From Octopus bimaculoides (Eukaryota), in the NCBI RefSeq assembly GCF_001194135.2, contig NC_068985.1:127156477-127198573 (forward strand): a stretch of DNA of 42,097 bases, written 5' to 3'. The stretch's first letter is position 1, and every line of letters starts with the position of its first letter. The notes under the pieces were generated by a model. That model was not told where the DNA came from and made no database searches. It saw only the letters and a list, made by a program, of their open reading frames with translations. Of the stretch, positions 32,801 to 42,097 are shown one piece after another. The position numbers and the translations under genes are program-made.

Positions 32801-34013
32801 TGTTGTGATGAGAGGACGTGCCGAGCGATCGTCTAAGTGTTGGGAGAAGCAGCTGCTATTTTTAGTGTTCTTTGAGTCGGGCGAGCGACGAGGATCCGAT
32901 ACCGCAGGACAGACTCATGCAAAGGAAGGAAAACCGAGGTAAGCCGATTACTTCTACTCGCACGCATACACCACAAGCTATTTCGGCGCCACGTGTAAAA
33001 CTTCGCCACGATGGCAGCTAAGATTAGAATCACCAGCGACGTGATGAGGCCTTTTAATGGCGAGGGAGATGTAATGGCCTGGATGCGAAAGATCAGGCTT
33101 GTGGCGAGACTGCAAGGGATAAGCGATGTGGCGAGTCTTATGGCGCTATACTTGGAAGGAAGCGCCCTGACCCTGTATTTAGAGATGGACGAGGAAGAAA
33201 GGTTAAGTGTGGAGAAGATCGAGCAGAGATTGAGAGAGGCACCATCGGACGATCAAGGCCATGGCTGAAAGGGGGCACATTTCGCCTCTGGAAGCGGTTT
33301 TCTGGTATAACATGTCTCCCCGATCTGAACAAGTGGAAGAATCTGTGCCGCACAGAGCAGTGTTCAAGTATGAATGGAGGCATCCCAGTAAGACGTCGGA
33401 GTACTGCGAGGAAGAGAAGGGACCCGCCGGCATGAAAGTAGGGGAGGAAGTTTGGGTTAAGCCGCCGAAGGCATGCTGCACGTCGCAATGAGGCAGGGGA
33501 ATGGTAACGGCGGTCAATTCCAGAAACAATGTATCCATGGATGGAATGCCACGTCACGTGCTGGACCTGCGCAGGATAGTCACTTCGTTGGATGAAGAGT
33601 GCAGAGAGGGAAACGAGGCACCTGGCTTGAGAAGATCTTGACGCGTAAGGTGCCCGCCTGGTTGGATGGCGGACTTCAAAGTGGAGTAGGGGCGGACGTG
33701 ATCTTTAAGATCAAGGTGGTGTGTGGTATGACATCAGCAACTGGGGAGCTGACCGTTGACAGGAACCATGAACTGACCGGAAGAGGAAGAGGGGCAGAGG
33801 GAGCCTCGATGGGGATTTTGTGCCCTTTTCGAGCGGGGCTGTTGTGACGAGAGGACATGCCGAGCGATCGTCTAGGTGTTGGGAGAAGCAGCTGCTATTT
33901 CTAGCGTTCTTTGAGTTGGGCCAGCCGCGAGGATCGGATACCGCAGGACAGACTCATGCAAGGGAAGGAAGACGAAGTAAGCCGATTACTTCTACTCGCA
34001 CGCATACACCACA
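32801..34013 (+). mobile_element. Internally deleted Gypsy LTR retrotransposon (gag 5' fused to integrase 3')
   Basis: LTRs TGTTGTGA...CACCACA at 32801-32975 and 33840-34013; PBS-like cggcgccacgtg; gag FNGEGDVMAWMRKIRLVARLQ; integrase tail HHRTIKAMAERG.ISPLEAVFWYNMSPRS...VGEEVWVKPP; PPT-like gagcgggg. Confidence 0.88.
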
Positions 34014-34343
34014 GTCTGGTAAACTGATGTGAACCGACATCTCAAGGCCGTATTCCCTTTCAGTTTACCTCCATAGTTCTTGTAATTTTCAGTATTTTGG
34101 TTGCCTCTTTTGTATTATAGAGGATGGCTGCCACCAGCCACACCTCGTAAATTTCTGGGGGGGGGGCACTGTACCAATCCTCACTCTGGTTGTCAAGCAA
34201 TGTAAACAAACACACACGCACACTCATACATACATATATACATAGATACATACATACATATAATTATACCTACATATGTACATACATACATCACATACAT
34301 ACGTACAGTTATACATACATACAATTATACATACATATACACA

Positions 34344-34462
34344 ACAAGCTTCACACAGTTTCCTTCTATCAATTTCACTCACAAGGCATTTATTGACCCA
34401 AGGCTATAGTAGGACAGATGACACTTGCCCAAAGTGTCATGCAGTGGGATGGAAACTAAAAC
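34344..34462 (-). mobile_element. SINE family B
   Basis: acagtttccttctatcaatttcactcacaaggcattt...gacacttgcccaaagtg. Confidence 0.7.
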
Positions 34463-34735
34463 TGTAGCACGAGTACCAAGATCCATTATCTCCACACGAG
34501 CTTTCTTGAAAGACTGAATGATTGAACTAAAAGGGAAGGAGAAAAGTTTGTGCCGTTTGCTGTCAGGTGTTCTTGGGACCCGCACTACCAATTTCCTTCG
34601 CAAAAGAAGAATAACGGTGGCCTGTTTGAGAAATGAGCCCCACAAGGTGGAGCAGCTGCTGCAGCAAGTGCCACAGGCATTCTCTGTGAAAGCACCAACA
34701 TGGTTATGGCCGTCGAACACAGCTGAGCATGCCAC

Positions 34736-34947
34736 TGCCACTTCCACCATCACTACTACCACACCTATTACCACCACCACCACCACTTCCACCATCACTA
34801 TTGCTACAACTATTACCACCACCACCAATACCATCACTGCCACTTCCACCATTACTACTACTACTACCACCACCACTACTGCTACTGCTACTACTACTAA
34901 CACCACCACCACTTCCACCATCATCACTACTACCAATACTGCTACTA

Positions 34948-34983
<36 letters not shown>

Positions 34984-35030
34984 TCATCACCATAAGCAGA
35001 ACTGCCGCCACCGCCACAACCATCATCCCT
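34736..35030. repeat. Compound (ACC/ACT/ATC)n trinucleotide repeat
   Basis: Directly visible. Confidence 0.95.
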
Positions 35031-35322
35031 ATTTCCACACTTTAAAAACTGCCGAATTATTTAAATACACAAAAACAAAATAAAAAGAAATAAAGTGGAA
35101 TTATCCTTAAAAAGGCTTTTCCTTAATATCTCTTGTCAACAATAAAAAGTTTGTTCCTCTACTTAATTGTATAGAAAGACAAAGTATGTTTAAAACAAAC
35201 AATGCTGTAACTATTTCATATCGGACGTAAATCCTCTGTGATTTCCTCCTGTTAGATGGAGACAAGCCTGATAAACACTTAAATAATCACATTAAGTATT
35301 ATGCATACTTGTATTTAAATAA

Positions 35323-35472
35323 CAGTGTGGTAAGAAGTTTCCCAACCACATGGTTCTCGGTTCAGTCCATACTACATAGCACCTTGGGCAGGTGTCTTCT
35401 ACTGTAGCCTTAGGCTGACCAAGGCCTTGTGAGTAGATTTGGTAAATGGAAACTGAAAGAAAGCCTTCGTGT
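35323..35472 (+). mobile_element. SINE family B
   Basis: gtgtggtaagaag...ggttcagtcc...accttgggcaggtgtcttctactgtagcc...ggaaactgaaagaagcc. Confidence 0.8.
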
Positions 35473-35479
35473 ATTTCTA

Positions 35480-35681
35480 TAGGGTTGGCCAAAAGTCAGC
35501 TAACAGTAAATCAAAACCATTTAATTCTAAGATTTATTTACATTTAACAACTGAATGAATTGAAAATTGTTCAAACAGTAGTCCTTCCTGAGCAACACAT
35601 TTTTCCATTCGAGTCAATACAGAATTACAGATAATATTTATGGAATTTTGATTTACTGTCAGATGACTTTTGGCCAACCTG
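35480..35681. mobile_element. Tc1/mariner MITE (202 bp) retaining a transposase C-terminal remnant
   Basis: TA|.agggttggccaaaagtca...tgacttttggccaacctg|TA; minus frame RMEKCVAQEG..FEQ. Confidence 0.75.
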
Positions 35682-35687
35682 TATATA

Positions 35688-35727
<40 letters not shown>

Positions 35728-35774
35728 CATATATATAGAGATATATATATTAGACATATATATAGAGATATATA

Positions 35775-36078
35775 TATCATCATCAACATTTAATGTCCAT
35801 TGTCCATGGGTTGAACAAGCTGGCAAGCTGAGGGGCTGCACCAGACTCCAGTCTGATTTGGCATAGTTTCTGCAACTGGATGCCCATCCTAACACCAGTC
35901 ACTCCAAGAGTGTAATAAGTGCTTTTACATGCCACCAGTATGGATACCAGTTGTGTGACACTACTACCTGCCACAACTACAATTTGACTTGACTTGATGG
36001 TTCTTCTATTCAAGCATGGCATGTTGGCAAAGGTTTTGGTCATTTGTCATTGCCTCTGTGAGGCCCAATGCTTGAAAG
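35775..36078 (-). mobile_element. RTE-type 3' fragment with ORF end (older subfamily)
   Basis: (cat)n tail on the left; minus frame LTEAMTNDQNLCQHAMLE. Confidence 0.7.
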
Positions 36079-36083
36079 TGCTG

Positions 36084-36256
36084 TAAAAAGCACCCACTAC
36101 ACTCTCAGAGTGGTTGGCATTAGGAAGGGCATCCAGCTGTAGAAACACTGCCAAATCAGACTGGCGCCTGGTACAGCCTCCTGGCTTCCCAAACCCCAGT
36201 CGAATTGTCCAACCCATGCCAGCATGGAAAACGGACGTTAAACGGTGATGATGAGG
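36084..36256 (+). mobile_element. RTE-type 3' end
   Basis: aaaagcacccactac...catgccagcatggaaaacggacgttaaac.gtgatgatg. Confidence 0.8.
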
Positions 36257-37199
36257 AGGAGGAGGAGGAGGGCATATTGGACAATAGATATATGAATAGA
36301 TAGGATGGTCATGGCTGGAATGTAGTATCTCAAGGCTGACATAATTCAATAGTTTGTTATTGTCCTTTGCTTAACTGTTTACAACAAGCACAAGAAAAAG
36401 GGGGAGGAAGAGGAGGAGAAAAAAGAAGAGGTGGGGATGAAGAAGTAGAAGAAGAAGAGGATGACAATAACAGCAACAGCAGCAGAGGCAACAAAGGGGA
36501 CTACAAAGCCCAACAAATAAGGCTTCACCTTACCCAAAGTTGCCACACACCCAGATAAACTTATTGATACTTTTAAAATAAAGGTTATGTGTTTCAAGTC
36601 TTAAATCAGGAGACAAGCATGCTCCATGATATGAACTGGATAGTTACTGTTTAATTGCCTATCAAATAATCCATTTTCTAACGTAAGAAACACTGTCTGA
36701 AACATTAGATATTTCATCTTGACCCACCCATAACAAACTAACATAAGTAAAATTTTGTTTTGTTTCGTTTTGGTTTTTACAGCATTGATTTTTGCCAAGA
36801 AAGACAATTCTCTTTACTAATTCTTCTGATAATATTCAAGCAATTATTTGATTTGCTTATATTGATTAATGAGATAGGCTTCTGATGTAATGAGCTAACG
36901 ATGGCTATTCAGCAAGAAGCAGGAACAAAGACGTCATTGAATTTTATGCTCACAATTGTAATTGATTTCACTGTTTACAGTTTTTTTTTTCCCCTCTTTG
37001 GCCAATTTACATTTGCATTTACGCCCTGAATCAAAAGCTTTTTATTTTCAGTTCAATTTGTCCAGCCTATAGTATTTTATGTGGTTCAGTCGAGAAAAAG
37101 AAGTTATTCAAATGCAATATTACTTTTGTAGCAGGGTGTAAAAATTAATCAAACATTCCCTAGAGCATTGAGGCACAAAAAAGGGTTGGGAACTAATGT

Positions 37200-37700
37200 A
37201 CTCTCCTTATCAATGGAGATTCATGTCTCCCCTTCCCATGAAGAGCAATCTCATTGGCTCTGCCATCAACTTATCTCTCTCAATTCCAATATTTTATAAG
37301 TAATGGAGGAAATGATAAGTGATAATCTTTTCACCGCCTTGACTTTCTTTCTTCTTTTCTCCCCCTCTTTCTTTCTCTCTCACCCCTACCCATCTCTCTG
37401 TAAGATTAAATCTACCAGACATTTGGTCTACACCAATGGTCCTTTGCCCGTCAGGACTTTATCATTCTCATTGACATCAGTTAATTCTATATCCAGCATA
37501 AAAAGCTGCTCCGAACTAGGTTGCCTTTCTCTGAGCTTCAACTCTCTCTTACTTCCTGGATTAGAATTTCCCTGTCAAATCTTAACTGCTGCAGAAGTTG
37601 ATAATACTGTCTCCTTAAGCTTCTGTCAATTTTAATGCAATTCCAAGTCTGTTATGTTTCCTGCACTTTTCCTTCCACACATTATCCTTTTGATATTAAC
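37200..37700 (-). mobile_element. Possible decayed CR1/L2 ORF1 (SGNH-esterase-like) fragment
   Basis: Minus frame GDSIIN (37597-37614), later VNENDKV; heavily interrupted. Confidence 0.35.
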
Positions 37701-38135
37701 CCACCCAAGCCTCCCCTGGTTCTCCGATGCAATGTTCCTGGTTTAAAATCATCTAAATGACATCCTTCAATGGAAATTTCCTGTTAAATTATATTTCAAA
37801 TGCCAGCTTAATAATGACAGTTATTTTACTAAATACTTCATTATTTTCAAATTTAGTTCAGATAGTTTCTTTCAAAACATGACAATAAAAGGGTTAAAGA
37901 CAAGCTTTTACTTTTAACTTTACTCACACCAATGTAGATGATATCACTCTTTGCTCATCCTTAACCATCCTTATATAGGCATCAGCCACATATAATGTAC
38001 ACACCTCGTGTCAAATCTACACTACATCCTTAAACAGTAATCTGAGAAACATTTTTCACTGAAAACATGGAAAAACTGCTCCCCTTCAACAACATTACAG
38101 CATGCAATAATTACATACGTGAAAGAGACAATTTT

Positions 38136-38151
38136 GGGTTAGGGTTAGGGT
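38136..38151 (+). repeat. Short interstitial telomeric repeat
   Basis: gggttagggttagggt. Confidence 0.7.
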
Positions 38152-39544
38152 ATTATCCTTGAGGTTGCTACAAATGTTAGGCTTTCAGTGCTCTCACCTG
38201 ACAATGTTGCATATGTGACATAAGTGCATCTTCTCTTCAGCAATTTAACATACTTCAGCCTTCACAAGCCAACAAGAAAGTCTTTATGTGTTCCCTAGAG
38301 TTGATAGAAATAGCTAAATTCTCTTGAATGACATAATATCTTACTGTTTTAAAGAATAAAAGAAAGAACACATAAACCATTGCGGTATTACATATCTAAA
38401 AAGAAGGAATGATTGTGGCTGGAACAGTTTTGGTAATAAATCTTTTCAATCAGGCCTAACCTGGTACTAAATTGTAACAACTTTAACCTTGATCAATTGC
38501 AGCTTGGACTGCCATCCAAGGTGAGCCTTCAAAGGTAGGCATAGCAATCACCTGACTTATTTTTACCATACAAAGCTCAAGTGTAACTAACATTAGTGTA
38601 TTGCTCATATATTTAGGATGGTGGTACACCTATACTCTCTTTCTCTGTCTTCACATGTTATGCTTAATGGTATCAATGACCATGGACTTCTGTGTCAAGA
38701 TCTGAAAATTCATGATTTTTCATAGGAAAGATACAACAATGGCTCCTTGTCTTCTGCTGAATTACTAACAGTTTACTCTGCTAGTCTCCTACTCTTTAAC
38801 CCTTTGGTGAGAATTGGTTTGTGTGACACTAGCATATGTCTACACCAGTGGGTTTGTGTGACATATATCTATTAACTAGCTGTTCTCCAGGCCCTGTATG
38901 TTTTAGCTACATGACAGAGCTATTCGCACAAACATTCTGGACTATATCCAAATAAAGTCCATTTGGAAGAATGACAAAGTGTTAATAAATAAAATACTAC
39001 AACCACTGGTACACAGACATGCTATTTCTTCTCTTTAATTCTTCCATCACTACTACTATGATGTCTGCTCTACTGAACTAGAAAGTTGTGTTTTATCCCC
39101 CAGCACACTTATCTCTTTCCCCTCTTGTATCTACTGTGTCCCATCTCCCAGATCCTACACTAAATTTTTATGCCAGTCATATCAGTGTAGAACAGCAGCC
39201 CTTTAGAATTTCTTCTCCACACCCATTTTTATACTAACTTAAGATGAATTCTTAAATCATTGCATTTTCAAATCAAGAGAAAATAAACCCCTTGCAAAGC
39301 AAAACAGAAACAAAATCTCCCAAAACCTACTCTAATGATTCCCAGACAGCATATCATGGTACAATGTTGTGCCAGGAAGCAGCTCTGTGTGCTGCAAATT
39401 GTATTTCTATTGCCTTTCTTTCTTTATATAGTATTCATTCAAATTAATATATTGATTTCATGCTCCAAAAATGAAAATCCATTAATAACTACTGAGACAG
39501 ACAAATGTTCAGTAAGATTAATGTTTCCTTACACATTATGGATG

Positions 39545-39720
39545 CAGGTGTGGCTGTGTGGTTAAGAAGCTTGGTTCTCAACTATTTAGTCTTGAGTCCA
39601 ATCCCACTGCATGACACCTTGGGCAAGTGTTTTCTATACATTCCTGGATTGACCAAAGCTTTCTAAATGGATTTGGTAGATGGAAACTGAAAGAAGCTCA
39701 TCATATGTGTCTGTGTGTGT
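39545..39720 (+). mobile_element. SINE family B with (GT)n tail
   Basis: caggtgtggctgtgtggttaagaagc...acaccttgggcaagtgttttct...ggaaactgaaagaagc. Confidence 0.8.
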
Positions 39721-39761
39721 GTGTACATATGTGTATTTGTGTATACTCTTCTCTTGACATC

Positions 39762-40220
39762 ATCGTCATCATCATCATCATCGTTTAACGTCCGCTTTCC
39801 ATGCTAGCATGGGTTGGACGATTTGGCTGAGGACTGGTGAACCAGATGGCTACACCAGGCTCCAATCTGATTTGGCAGAGTTTCTACAGCTGGATGCCCT
39901 TCCTAACACCAACTGTTCCGAGAGTGTAGTGGGTGCTTTTATGTGCCACCAGCACGAAGGCCAGTCAGGCAGTACTGGCAACAGCCACGCTCAAAAGGGT
40001 GTCTTTTACGTGCCACCTGCACGGGAGCCAGTTCGGCAGCACAGGCAACGATCTCGCTCGAATGTCCTTACACGTGCCACCGGCACAAGTGCCAGGGCAC
40101 AGGTGCCATCACGATTTCGCTTTCGCTTGCATCAACAGGTCTTCGCCAGCCGAGTTTCTGTGTCCAATGAGGGAGACGACGTTGGCGTGGGTGCCATCCG
40201 TCGAAATTAGTTCGATTTCG
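39762..40220 (-). mobile_element. RTE-type 3' fragment with modular UTR
   Basis: (cat)n tail, same modules as 9372-9946. Confidence 0.85.
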
Positions 40221-40859
40221 TAAACAAGTATCACTGTCATACAAGCACTGTTGTTTCATTTCTAGCCTTCAGTAAAAAACATGTATGACCATGGGGTAAC
40301 ATGAAGTTGCTTGGAAACAGGTAAGTTCATACAGTCATAGAAAATCTGCCTCAACAAATTCAATCTAACCCATGTAAGCATGGAAAAGGGGGCACTAAAC
40401 AACGATGATGACAATGATGACAATGAGATGATGATGATGATGATGACAATGACGATGGTGGTGATGATGATGATGATGATGACGGTGATTACAAATAAGA
40501 GATCCAGTGGTTAGGGTGTTGGGATCATCATTGTAAAATTGTTGGTTCAATATCTGGAAAGGATGGCACTTTATGCCTTTGAGGAAGAAACATCATTTCA
40601 TGTTGCTCCAGTCAACTTGCACTGAAAATGCATATCATCAGCAGCAGGTGGTGTTAACCTTGTGATGAAGTGGCATGCCATCCTGCAAATGAGATCTTCT
40701 AGGGTTACAGTAGCAACCACCTGACATTCAATTTCTGTCAAAGGATGGGTAGCAATGTTAGTTCATGTTACCTACATTGGCCTTGACTTGCTGTTGCTGG
40801 TGGTGATGATGATGGTGGTGGTAGTGTTAGGGATAATGAAGAACCAGTGATGGGATGCC

Positions 40860-40970
<111 letters not shown>

Positions 40971-41654
40971 GCATATGCATACACACACACACACATATAA
41001 ATATATATGTCTATACATATATAATAATACAAACGATATGTGAGCATATGCATATATACATACATATATATACATACCTACATCTACAAGTATATACAGA
41101 TGCATATCTGGGTACAGAACGTCAAAAAACGTGGACAAAAAAAGGAACGGGAACATAAACAAAGCACAAAAAAATGAAGTTTTTTTACAGACAACAGAAT
41201 GAACACATAGGAAAACAGACAAGCCACATATGGAACTTTTCCTTCATCAGCTGCCTCTATTCTAAACTAGGCGTTTTGAAGATGAGGCAGAACGCGCTCT
41301 TAGAATAGCTCTTCCCACAAAGCAAATTAAGTAAAACCTGCTATGTGGATGATTCCAAAGTGGCAAACAGAAACCAAGACAGAGGAAAACAAACATTGAG
41401 GGCTGTTAAGCCGAACGAGATGAGATACTGAACACTGTGGTGTGATGAACTTCAGCAGAGAGAGATAGCAATTTGAGTTGCCTTTATGCTGGCCGAATGG
41501 AGACACATATATATGTATATACATGTGTGTGTTTATATATCTGCTAACCTGGTGTATTTAAACAGTTATCTTTAGTCTTCCTAGATCTGTCTATCTTACT
41601 TTTATCTATCTATCTGTCGCTTTTTCTCTCTGTCCCTGTCTGTCTGTCTGTCCA

Positions 41655-42062
41655 CATTGACACTTTTTGGATGATTATAGTCTTGTTAGTGTATATGCTT
41701 ACATTCATGTGTGTTAACTACACCATTAGAGCGACTTAGTGCTTATTTCTAGCAATGTAGGTATTTCCTAACACCCTAGTCACTTTTAGTGACATTTGTA
41801 ATTCTCCTTTTTGGTGAAACATTGCAAACTACTGTTTATATTAATTTTATATATGTACATTAGCAAATTGCTAAATCATCCAATTATTTGGATGATGAAA
41901 ACATAAAAACTAAAGCGAGTCTGGAAAGGGCTGAAGTTGAGCTGTCTTAACTGATGAGGCAATGGAAATTGCTAAAACTTACACATCAGTATTAAGAATT
42001 TTCAATCGGCACTTTTTGGATGATTATGGTCCCTGTTAATGTATATATTTTCATTCATGTGC

Positions 42063-42066
<4 letters not shown>
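41655..42066 (+). mobile_element. Retrozyme/pLTR-like unit: 349-bp period, more than one monomer
   Basis: cactttttggatgattat...cattcatgtg at 41661 and 42010, with a hammerhead just before the second copy. Confidence 0.6.
41945..41997 (+). ncRNA. Type I hammerhead ribozyme motif (G12>A)
   Basis: UCUUAA CUGAUGA GGCAAU-GGAA-AUUGCU AAA ACU-uacacauc-AGU A UUAAGA: three stems and a GUA triplet. Confidence 0.75.

Positions 42067-42097
<31 letters not shown>

Noticed and set aside
34379-35045. Mucin-like Thr-rich 175-aa ORF and Val-rich antisense ORF
   Set aside because: Most of the length is (ACC/ACT)n repeat; no splice or domain support.

Overview
AT-rich, microsatellite- and retroposon-dense eukaryotic DNA with one 492-nt N gap (6699-7190). 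The SINE/LINE families resemble those I recall from octopus; this taxonomic call is inference. One intact gene is present: a 4-exon PPIL1 cyclophilin on + (13970-14031, 19202-19356, 21652-21720, 24990-25207; 167 aa). Exon 1 and exon 3 were found by hand because they are absent from the ORF track. The rest is decayed mobile DNA: HERO-type and RTE LINEs, Penelope-like elements (PLEs), an L1/Tx1-like ORF1, a deleted Gypsy element, mariner/Tc1 fragments, several MITEs and two tRNA-SINE families. Most interesting signals: (1) at least five minimal hammerhead-ribozyme motifs from several families, including a CUGUNGA-core variant (one copy sense in PPIL1 intron 2) and a retrozyme-like 349-bp more-than-monomer unit at the window end; (2) three foldback elements with telomeric TTAGGG/CCCTAA cores within 1.1 kb of PPIL1 exon 1; (3) an 86-bp-arm near-perfect hairpin just after the PPIL1 stop codon; (4) a roughly 300-bp inverted duplication in intron 1 with an identity gradient; (5) splice signals suggesting a head-to-head antisense transcript overlapping PPIL1 exon 1. 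Coordinates and mismatch counts are by hand; TE boundaries are approximate.
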